Assembly: GCA_043811535.1 (NCBI GenBank)
Contig: JBDRNC010000032.1
Location: 1 to 13,785 of the forward strand
Reading direction: 5' to 3'
Origin: Elusimicrobiota bacterium
GTDB lineage: Bacteria; Elusimicrobiota; Endomicrobiia; Endomicrobiales; JBDRNC01
DNA length: 13,785 bases
The notes beneath the pieces were generated by a model, which saw only the letters and a program-made list of their open reading frames with translations, ran no database searches and was not told where the DNA came from. Positions 1 through 7,325 of the stretch are shown here, piece after piece; position 1 is the first letter of the stretch; each line of letters begins with the position of its first letter. The position numbers were made by a program, and so were the translations under genes.

Positions 1-130
1 GAACATCCTTCCCTTCAAAGTCCACGACCGCAATATTCTCGCGTATCTTACTCTTTTCAGTAAGCTCCGCACTATTAGCGCTGGATACAATAAATATTAT
101 TGAAAACAGAAAGACATAGTATTTATTCAT
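1..130 (-). CDS. 5' part of a secreted protein, probably CsgG/HfaB/FlgO-like (runs off the window)
   Basis: ATG at 130. Manual translation MNKYYVFLFSIIFIVSSANSAELTEKSKIRENIAVVDFEGKDV shows a signal peptide followed by IAVVDF, typical of the first strand of CsgG-like domains. A good promoter lies upstream. Confidence 0.65.
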   Translation of the reverse strand, partial: MNKYYVFLFSIIFIVSSANSAELTEKSKIRENIAVVDFEGKDV

Positions 131-162
131 TGATTTCTCAATAACTATTTTCTTTTATAGAT

Positions 163-191
163 AGTATAGACAGTTTTTTGGTCTGTGTCAA
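163..191 (-). promoter_or_regulatory. sigma70-type promoter for the gene starting at 130
   Basis: Minus strand TTGACA (191-186), 17-nt spacer, TATACT (168-163). Confidence 0.7.
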
Positions 192-239
192 TAAAGATTG
201 CCATACCCTTTCTACTACGATTTTATATCTTTCCTATAA

Positions 240-291
240 AAAAGAAAAGGGGCCAAGGCTGGGGGACAGACCTTGACCCCGAAAAGATATT
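240..291 (-). terminator. Intrinsic terminator-like hairpin, copy 1 of a 52-bp direct repeat
   Basis: Minus strand GGGGTCAAGG-TCTGTCCCCCAG-CCTTGGCCCC followed by TTTTCTTTT; 50/52 identical to 1930-1981. Confidence 0.7.
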
Positions 292-489
292 AAGATAACC
301 GATTCCACCTACCCTAAAGGCGCTTCGCATTCCAGTGGAATGAACGGTTCTTAACTCCGTCCCCTATTCTCTTTGCAGGTCTATATAGGATTTACAGCAT
401 ATAAATTACCTAATACGACCAGCCCTTCCCTTGTCAATGCAGGTGAAATGGAAGAACAGAATATAATTCCCAAAATGACTAATATTTTC

Positions 490-1779
490 TTATTCATTTT
501 TTATCGGCACAAACATAATCCTTTTAAATTCAGGGCCATTATGATAGACATTATAAATATATCCGTCATGCTGAATAAGCCCCGTGAAATTAAATCTATT
601 TGTTTCTCTCAATATATTCAGCTGTAATACCGCTTTCAATTTACCCTCTTTTGAATACTCCAAAATATCGCCCTCAAAATAATTATTTGAATTGTATTTC
701 GTTGCATATAACCTTAATGTGTCATCATTTATTAAATATATATTGCCAATTACATTGAGGGCATTAATATTATCAGGAAGTTTAATAATAGCCCGTACTT
801 CTCTGTCGCTAGTTATTTTAAGTACGTGGTTATTATTTTTATCTAACTCAATCTTGAAATGTATTTTTTCTATTGTATTAGAATTTACATGAGAATTAAT
901 CATTTTATCATTAATAAAATTATAGAAAGTATCTTGAACTCCGAAGAATAAATATATATTTCCGTCGCGGCTTGCGAACGATACGTAATCACGTTTATTC
1001 TTTAATTGATACTTTTGCAATATATTATCATCCCGATATTGCCATACTTCAAAATCTCCTTTTGGTATTAATTGAGCGCCAAGAGCAAAGTTCTTAACAA
1101 ACAAATAATATAGATCGTCCTTAGCATCTATTCCTATGTCTATACCAAAATAGCAAATATCTTTGTTAAAATAATAATAATACTCTACATCTTCTGACGG
1201 ATAGTATGTATTCCCATCCAACCTGCACCATGCGTTAGGCGCATTGACTTGCTGAAAAGTGATGCCTTTATTTGTGTGCCTCACTGCGCTTTTACCATCT
1301 TTTTCTGCCCGCGCTGGAACAGGAATTGATTTAATGTATTTACCGGTTCTACTGAATTTCTGTATCCTATTATTCATCGGATCAAGAAAGTATATCTCTC
1401 CTTTCGAATTTACGGCATAAGATATATGATAACCAGAAACAATTCCCTCACCAGTAAAGAACGAATCAAACATAAATCTACCCGGTTCAGAGCCAGTAAT
1501 TAAATCAATAAGCTTCTCCTCTTTCATTTCAAGCAATGTTACAGGATTTTCAGCATACGGTGTCTTAACTTTAATAAGTGGATCTGTTGATTCAACAACC
1601 GAATATCCCGCGGGCATTTCCATGCTTGTTATCTTTATTTGTTTGTTCGTTATTTCCGCTTTTTCTTGTCTTGTGCTTGTGTTTTGAATATCACTATATG
1701 TTTTTTCGTTCTTCGATTTGCAACCCATCAATACAACGCTACAAAAGATGAAAAACAGAATTGCCCTATAAAACCCCAT
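490..1779 (-). CDS. Lipoprotein with an NHL-repeat/beta-propeller-like segment, function unknown
   Basis: ORF track gives 490-1797, but ATG at 1779 has AAGGAG 8 nt upstream. Signal peptide with lipobox VLMG-C; NHL-like motif AVNSKGEIYFLDPMNNRIQKFSRTGKYI. Visibly more AT-rich than the genes to the right. Stop is TAA. Confidence 0.75.
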   Translation of the reverse strand: MGFYRAILFFIFCSVVLMGCKSKNEKTYSDIQNTSTRQEKAEITNKQIKITSMEMPAGYSVVESTDPLIKVKTPYAENPVTLLEMKEEKLIDLITGSEPGRFMFDSFFTGEGIVSGYHISYAVNSKGEIYFLDPMNNRIQKFSRTGKYIKSIPVPARAEKDGKSAVRHTNKGITFQQVNAPNAWCRLDGNTYYPSEDVEYYYYFNKDICYFGIDIGIDAKDDLYYLFVKNFALGAQLIPKGDFEVWQYRDDNILQKYQLKNKRDYVSFASRDGNIYLFFGVQDTFYNFINDKMINSHVNSNTIEKIHFKIELDKNNNHVLKITSDREVRAIIKLPDNINALNVIGNIYLINDDTLRLYATKYNSNNYFEGDILEYSKEGKLKAVLQLNILRETNRFNFTGLIQHDGYIYNVYHNGPEFKRIMFVPIKNE

Positions 1780-1870
1780 GATAATATCTCCTTTCATTTA
1801 TTTCCCTTCCCACTCATTTTTGAAGAAATCAGGGTAGTATTCACCAATTAAGGTTGTACCCCGCTTGAAA

Positions 1871-1899
1871 ATTATACCAGTGAAATGGCATAAAATCAA
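1871..1899 (-). promoter_or_regulatory. sigma70-type promoter with extended -10 for the NHL lipoprotein gene
   Basis: Minus strand TTGATT (1899-1894), 17-nt spacer, TGG-TATAAT (hexamer at 1876-1871). Confidence 0.65.
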
Positions 1900-1929
1900 G
1901 GAAATACACAATGGAATAGCTTAAAACAC

Positions 1930-1981
1930 AAAAGAAAGGGGGCCAAGGCTGGGGGACAGACCTTGACCCCGAAAAAATATT
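1930..1981 (-). terminator. Intrinsic terminator-like hairpin, copy 2 of the 52-bp direct repeat
   Basis: Same hairpin and U-tract as 240-291; lies downstream of the glnS, zinc-ribbon and CsgG-like genes. Confidence 0.7.
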
Positions 1982-1984
1982 GGC

Positions 1985-2052
1985 CTCCCCGACTTTTCGG
2001 GGCTCTGTTTACACACATTAAGGAAGTCGCCCGCCACTACCGCAGGGGCGGA
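1985..2052 (-). repeat. Short palindromic intergenic element related to 12136-12226
   Basis: Minus strand CCGCCCC..AGTGGCGG GCGACTTCCTTAAT..GAGCCCCGAAAAGTCGGGGAG shares ordered blocks with plus-strand 12136-12220. Confidence 0.55.
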
Positions 2053-2061
2053 TGGCTAATT

Positions 2062-2730
2062 TCAGCGCATTCTGTCCTTCTGATCTTCCGTGTCCATCCA
2101 GAATTGTGTTACCAGTTTGTCTATGCAATTTTGTTGAGCGTCTATCACGTTTACTCCGTCTGTCATCACTGAACCCACCCATATTATCTCGGCTGTTTCA
2201 GCGTCTATAAGCTTGGCTACAATGCCTATCTCCGGATACTCTTGCTTGCTGGAAGGATAACTGTGCGTCTGTTTCCAGGGACGCACTCCTTTTTGCTCGA
2301 TTACGACGGACACCGTGCCGTCTATATTTCTTTTAACCTTTTTATATACCGGCTCTTCGTAAATGACTTTGTTATTTTCATCTTCTTTTGGGAAATATGC
2401 CGTTACCGTGCCGAAGAATAGCGCGTCCACACCGAGAATTTCACCGAGTTTCTTGGTCGTATCGGGATTAAGCGCGCCGGTCGTGCCCAGTTTCTGCTCG
2501 CGCAATACATCTTCCAACGTCTGTCTTTCAACCAGGTTGAAACCCTTCGTCATGAGTTCTCCGACAAAAACATCCTCTATTCCTTTTATTTCCATCTCAT
2601 TATTCATAAAAGTCATTACACCGATGCGTTTGATATGATTGAAATTGTAGCTCTTGTTGATTATCGTGCGCGGCGATGCGCAGCCGGACAATAAAACTGG
2701 AACAAGCAAGAATAAAAATAGTTTCTTCAT
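2062..2730 (-). CDS. CsgG/HfaB-family (or LpoB-like) lipoprotein
   Basis: 222 aa; lipobox LSG-C; motifs RIGVMTF, FNLVERQTLEDVLREQKL, LGEILGVDALFFGTV and KLIDAETAEIIW are typical of CsgG-like folds; RBS AGGAG upstream. Confidence 0.8.
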   Translation of the reverse strand: MKKLFLFLLVPVLLSGCASPRTIINKSYNFNHIKRIGVMTFMNNEMEIKGIEDVFVGELMTKGFNLVERQTLEDVLREQKLGTTGALNPDTTKKLGEILGVDALFFGTVTAYFPKEDENNKVIYEEPVYKKVKRNIDGTVSVVIEQKGVRPWKQTHSYPSSKQEYPEIGIVAKLIDAETAEIIWVGSVMTDGVNVIDAQQNCIDKLVTQFWMDTEDQKDRMR

Positions 2731-2739
2731 TTCGAGCTC

Positions 2740-2946
2740 CTATTTTTTGGCCATTGAAGCGCCGCATTTGGGGCATTTGAGCGATGATAATCTGAAACCG
2801 GGTTTGGGCGGAACCTCGGCTTTGCAAGCGGGGCATATGCCGGTATTGGATTTATCCTGAGGAATTATTCCGTCATTTGTCTTAATTCCCTGCTGACCGC
2901 CTACTTTTACCGCTCGTATGGGGTTCTGTCCGTTTCTTTGCGGCAT
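2740..2946 (-). CDS. Small zinc-ribbon protein (68 aa, CPAC..CPKC)
   Basis: ATG at 2946 with RBS TAAGGAG just after the glnS stop. Protein MPQRNGQNP...GICPACKAEVPPKPGFRLSSLKCPKCGASMAKK; stop is TAG. Confidence 0.7.
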   Translation of the reverse strand: MPQRNGQNPIRAVKVGGQQGIKTNDGIIPQDKSNTGICPACKAEVPPKPGFRLSSLKCPKCGASMAKK

Positions 2947-2962
2947 TTGAAAACTCCTTATA

Positions 2963-4651
2963 TTATTTTTTGATTTTTGCTTCTGTTTTCGCCCAGGAAT
3001 CTTTGAGCGTGACTGTGCGGTTGAAGACGGGTTTGCCGGGCTTTGAATCCTTGTCAACGCAGAAATAACCGTGCCTGAGGAACTGGAACCTCTCGCCCGG
3101 TTTGGCGTCCTTGAGCGATTGTTCAAGCTTGCAGTTTGCCAATACTTCCAGCGAATTTGGATTCAAGCTTTCCGTAAAATCCCGGCCTTCCTCAACGGAT
3201 TCCGGGTTTTCCTTGTTGAAAAGCCGGTCGTAGAGGCGGACTTCGGCGTCTATCGCGTGCTGCGCGGATACCCAGTGCAGAGTTCCCTTCACTTTCCTGT
3301 TGTCGGGCGTCCCGCCGCCGCGCGATTCCGGGTCATATGTGCAGTGTATTTCCGTTATCTCGTCTTTGGCGTTCTTCACGGCGCTGACAAATTTAATGTA
3401 GTAAACATGTTTCAGCCGGACTTCCTGGCCGGGAGCAAGGCGGAAATATCCTTTCGGCGGATTTTCGCTGAAATCGTCGCGCTCAATGTATATCTCTTTG
3501 GAAAATATTATCTTCCTTGTACCGGCCGACGGGTCCTCCGGATTGTTGTCGGCGTCAAACTCCTCGATTTTGCCGTCGGGATAATTGTCTATGACGACTT
3601 TCAGGGGTTTCAGCACGCCCATGACCCGCCGGGACGCCTTATTCAGGTCTTCCCTGATGAAATATTCCAGAAGCGCGACGTCAATGGTGCTATTGGTCTT
3701 GTCTATGCTGATACGTTCAAGAAAATTCAATATGGAAGCGGGCGTGTAGCCGCGCCTGCGCAAGCCGCTTAGTGTGGGCATCCTCGCGTCGTCCCAGCCG
3801 CTCACGTGTTCCTTCTCGACAAGCTCCCTGAGTTTCCTCTTGCTCATCACGGTATACGTAAGGTTGAGCCGCGCGAACTCTATCTGGCGCGGGTGGCAGT
3901 CACTCGTTATATTATCCAGAACCCAGTCGTAAAGGGGCCGGTGGTCCTAGAATTCCAGAGAGCATAAAGAGTGGGTTATCTTTTCAAGCGCGTCGGAAAT
4001 CGGGTGGGCGTAATCGTACATCGGGTAAATGCACCACTTGTCGCCGGTCTTGGGATGCGTGGCGCGTTTTATCCGGTAAATCGCCGGGTCGCGCATGTTG
4101 ATGTTAGGATGCGCCATGTCTATCTTTGCGCGAAGCGTGCATTTGCCGTCAGGGAACCTGCCGTCGCGCATATTCTCAAAAAGCCCGAGGTTCTCTTCCA
4201 CGGAACGGTCCCGGTACGGACTGTTCTTGCCGGGGGCTGTGGGAGTGCCGCGGTACTCGCGCATTTCGTCCGGAGTAAGGTCGCAGACGAACGCCTTGCC
4301 CTTTTTTATCAGTTCTAAGGCGTATTCATAAAATTTGCCGTAATAATCCGACGCGAAATAAAGGTGTTTCCCCCAGTCAAAACCGAGCCACTTTACGTCT
4401 TCCTGAATTGAATCGATGTACTCCATCTCTTCTTTCTCGGGGTTGGTATCGTCAAAGCGCAGGTGACAGGCGCCGCCGTATTCCTTGGCTATGCCGAAAT
4501 CAATGCTGAAGGCCTTCGCGTGGCCGATATGCATGTAGCCGTTGGGCTCCGGAGGGAAGCGCGTTTCCACGCGCCCGCCGTTCTTGCCCGCGGCCACCTC
4601 GGCATCAATGATAGTCCTTAGAAAATCCTTGCCTTTCTTCTCGTCAACCAT
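2963..4651 (-). CDS. glnS: Glutamine--tRNA ligase, 562 codons, interrupted by one in-frame TAG at codon 235 (3947-3949); recoded, pseudogene or sequence error
   Basis: Motifs [94 protein letters not shown] and FQFLRHGYF. The two ORF-track pieces are in the same frame and are joined by 32 conserved GlnRS codons after the TAG. Confidence 0.95.
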
Positions 4652-4659
4652 AGTAATTA

Positions 4660-4665
4660 ATTATA
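4660..4665 (-). promoter_or_regulatory. -10 box directly upstream of glnS (possible leaderless transcript)
   Basis: TATAAT, then 8 nt, then ATG; no Shine-Dalgarno sequence and no good -35. Confidence 0.45.
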
Positions 4666-4688
4666 CTAATTTTGGACGGAAATTTGCT

Positions 4689-4829
4689 ACAAATACTAAA
4701 AACTAAATACTAAACACTAAATAAATCATAAATTATAATTCCAAAAATTAAATATAACTGCAGTGTTTGAGTTTAATTTTTTATGTTTTGAGCTTATTTA
4801 GTATTTAGTGTTTTAAGCTTAGTATTTGT
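4689..4829. repeat. Inverted arrays of 7-bp tandem repeats forming a ~140-bp imperfect hairpin
   Basis: Left arm AAATACT AAAAACT AAATACT AAACACT (4691-4718); right arm AGTATTT AGTGTTT TAAGCTT AGTATTT (4800-4827); central palindrome ACTGCAGT at 4757-4764. Confidence 0.85.
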
Positions 4830-4831
4830 CG

Positions 4832-5935
4832 TTAGTTGAGTGTTTGCCTGAATCTGCGGGAGGCGACAAAGACAGAGGCAAACATAATAAGAAGTATCGC
4901 GGCGAAATGCGGCCAGAAGAGCTCGGGGATGTTGCCTTTGAGCATCACGTTCCTCAGCAACGTTATGAAATACTTCAGGGGGTCGATGTAGGCCAGCCAC
5001 TTAATAGCAATAGGCATGTTCTCTACCGGAAAGAATACGCCGGACATGAGCATCGCGGGAAAAACAAATATGAATGTGCCCATCATGGCCTGCTGCTGGT
5101 TGCGCGCGAAAGTCGATATGAGCGTGCCTATGCTTACGGTCGTGCAGACAAATATGAAAGTGGCCAGGAAAAGCAGAAGGAAAGAACCCCTTACGGGCAT
5201 GCCGAATATGGCCATGCCTGCCCCCATTATGAAAACAGCGTCAATAAGACCGATGATTATGAAAGGGATGGTCTTGCCGAGTATTATCTCGACATTGCTC
5301 AGCGGCGCCGCGATTATGCTTTCAAATGTGCCGAGTTCCTTTTCGCGCGCTATTGACATGCTAGTGAGCATTATCGTGGCTATGCACATTATCATCGTCA
5401 TTATGCCTGGAATCATGAAAAGCGGGGTTTCCATCGCGGGATTGTAAAGGACCCTTACGTCGAATTTTACCTGACTACCGGTCATCCCGGGCCCGCCGCG
5501 GCGGGCCGCCAGGAACATCGCGGCTATGTTCTGTATGTATGATTCGACGGCGCGGGCTTTCGTGGCGTTCTGCGCGTCTATGAGCAGTTGTATCCTCGCC
5601 GCGCCCCTTGCCGCTTCTTTGTCGATGCCGCCCGCGGGAGCTATAAGCACGGCGTCGGTTTTCCCGGTCTGCATGAGTTCCATCGGATCCCCCCGGCCGG
5701 GCTCGATCCTGTTGAACCAGCCGGTTGAATAGATCCTGTCGGACAACTGTCTCGCGGTCCGGTCCGACGGGCTGTGGATAACGGCAAGATTGAGATTCTT
5801 GAAATCCGTATTTATCGCGAATCCGAATATGAGCAGTTGAATGACCGGCGCGACGAACAGGAATACCCTCATCACCGGGTCCCTGAGCGTTTGCGCGAAT
5901 TCTTTCTTGATAAAACCGATTAATACTTTCTTCAT
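4832..5935 (-). CDS. ABC-2 type transporter permease (YbhR-like)
   Basis: 367 aa; IKKEFAQTLRDP, VLYNPAM, SIAREKELGTFESIIAAPL, GKTIPF, SGVFFPVENMP; multiple transmembrane segments. Confidence 0.92.
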   Translation of the reverse strand: MKKVLIGFIKKEFAQTLRDPVMRVFLFVAPVIQLLIFGFAINTDFKNLNLAVIHSPSDRTARQLSDRIYSTGWFNRIEPGRGDPMELMQTGKTDAVLIAPAGGIDKEAARGAARIQLLIDAQNATKARAVESYIQNIAAMFLAARRGGPGMTGSQVKFDVRVLYNPAMETPLFMIPGIMTMIMCIATIMLTSMSIAREKELGTFESIIAAPLSNVEIILGKTIPFIIIGLIDAVFIMGAGMAIFGMPVRGSFLLLFLATFIFVCTTVSIGTLISTFARNQQQAMMGTFIFVFPAMLMSGVFFPVENMPIAIKWLAYIDPLKYFITLLRNVMLKGNIPELFWPHFAAILLIMFASVFVASRRFRQTLN

Positions 5936-5950
5936 TTTAACATCCTTTCA

Positions 5951-6106
5951 TTGCTAAATGGTTCATAAATTCAAACTTCATGGCCAAATGGTTAAATGGC
6001 CAAGTAGACGACGATTGTTAAATGGATAAACTGCTAAATGGTTAAAGACGTTAGCAATTTAACATGTTGTTCCAGCAATTTAGCAATTTAGCCCTATAGC
6101 CATTTA
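5951..6106. repeat. Inverted arrays of 8-bp tandem repeats
   Basis: Left units TTGCTAAA, TGGTTAAA, TGGCCAAA, TGGATAAA; right units TTAGCAAT, CCAGCAAT, ATAGCCAT are reverse complements of the same consensus. Confidence 0.8.
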
Positions 6107-7216
6107 TTATGGCTCCAAATCCTTTTTGAATTTCTTTGACGCCGCCATGATCGGTATCAGGCTCAGCAGGAACAGCGCTGAGAACGGAAGTATCATTTCA
6201 TATAAACTTGGGCCCTTCAAAAAGAGCGCCCTTATTATCGTCATGAACCACCTCGGAGGCAGAAGCGCCGTCAGGTACCTGAAAAACACCGGCATGCTCT
6301 CCACGGGGAATATGAAGCCCGACAGCAAAAGCGACGGCAGCAGGCCCGTTATGAACGCGAACTGCATTGACCTGCTCTGAACGCGCATTGTCACGGATAT
6401 AAGTATGCCCTGGGCCAGCGAAGCGACAATGAATATGAGCACGGCTAAAACGAGAAGAATATGGCTGCCCTCAAACGGAACCCCGAATACCAGCCTCGCG
6501 ACCAGATAAACCAGCGAGGCTCCCATCACGCCGATGGCCACATACGGCATTATCTTTCCCAAAACTATCTCCATGGGCTGGACGGGCGTTGACAGCAGGA
6601 GCTCCATGGAACCGTTCTCCCATTCCCTTGCCACCGTCAATGCCGTCATCAATATCGCGAGCAGGCCTATGACTATCACTATCAGGCCCGGAACGATAAA
6701 CCACCGCGTATTGAGTTCGGGATTGTAGAGGAATCTAGTCCGCAGTTCTACCGGGACGCCCGCAGCCGGGCCCGTAAACCGCGAGGCCACGGCTTTCTGT
6801 ATGGAACCGATGTATCTCGCCACTATGCCTGTTTTCTGGTTGTCAGTTCCGTCTATGAGTATCTGCACGTCAGCGGATTGCCCGGATGCGATTTTCTTTC
6901 CAAATCCGGGGTTGATAATTATGGAGCCGAAATCCTTCTCCGATTCTATTTCCCTTAGCATTTCCGAAGGATATGCGCCCTTGTCAAGCTTGAAATACCC
7001 CGAAGCAAGGAATACGTCCGCCAGTTCCCTTGACTGGCGCGTATTGTCAAAATCGTATACGGCCAGTTTTACCCCTCTGAAATCAAAATCTATCGCGAAC
7101 CCGAAATATATTACCAATACTATGGGAAGCCCGAGCGCCATTCCCGCGGTAAACGGATCGCGCAGTATGTGCATGACCTCTTTTCTGGCGATGGCAATGA
7201 TTCTGGATAGTTTCAT
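6107..7216 (-). CDS. ABC-2 type transporter permease (YbhS-like)
   Basis: Likely start MKLSRIIAIARKEVMHILRDP at 7216; the longer ORF-track start reads through a repeat. Motifs RFLYNPEL, TVAREWENGSMELLLSTPV, LSGFIFPVESMP. Confidence 0.92.
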   Translation of the reverse strand: MKLSRIIAIARKEVMHILRDPFTAGMALGLPIVLVIYFGFAIDFDFRGVKLAVYDFDNTRQSRELADVFLASGYFKLDKGAYPSEMLREIESEKDFGSIIINPGFGKKIASGQSADVQILIDGTDNQKTGIVARYIGSIQKAVASRFTGPAAGVPVELRTRFLYNPELNTRWFIVPGLIVIVIGLLAILMTALTVAREWENGSMELLLSTPVQPMEIVLGKIMPYVAIGVMGASLVYLVARLVFGVPFEGSHILLVLAVLIFIVASLAQGILISVTMRVQSRSMQFAFITGLLPSLLLSGFIFPVESMPVFFRYLTALLPPRWFMTIIRALFLKGPSLYEMILPFSALFLLSLIPIMAASKKFKKDLEP

Positions 7217-7236
7217 AATTTGTTTTATTACCTTCA

Positions 7237-7310
7237 CCTTCCCCCCTTGCGGGGGAAGGACGGGATGGGGGGTCCTCCCCACCCTCACCCTCCCCTACCA
7301 GAGGGGAGGG
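7237..7310. repeat. Double-hairpin C/G-tract palindromic element
   Basis: CCTTCCCCC-CTTGC-GGGGGAAGG with a G-rich tail, followed by an inverted unit CCCACCCTCA-CCCTCCCCT-ACCAG-AGGGGAGGG. Confidence 0.8.
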
Positions 7311-7325
7311 CAAATGTAATACTAC

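Noticed and set aside
290..354. Integron attC site
   Set aside because: It has AAC...GTT ends and a hairpin, but the box spacing is asymmetric (5 versus 2 nt), it lies far from the stop codon, there is no second copy and no integrase is visible.
240..1981. CRISPR array based on the 37-bp identical core
   Set aside because: Only two copies, 1.69 kb apart, with no spacer-sized intervals and no cas genes.
2947..3126. N-terminal 60 aa of the 128-aa ORF 2740-3126
   Set aside because: Overlaps the glnS 3' end in another frame; the start at 2946 has a strong RBS.
2963..3850. Treating the two glnS ORFs as a genuine two-subunit (split) synthetase
   Set aside because: The 32 codons between the TAG and the second ORF's start are conserved GlnRS sequence that would be lost, and there is no clear RBS before 3850.
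3914..3946. PYLIS-like or readthrough-stimulating hairpin after the glnS TAG
   Set aside because: Only a weak bulged pairing (CCGG-CCC/GGG-CTGG) is possible, and it is explained by the conserved protein sequence.
7217..7288. N-terminal extension of permease 1 (MRVGRTPHPVLPPQGGK...)
   Set aside because: It is a translation of the palindromic repeat; family similarity begins at MKLSR.
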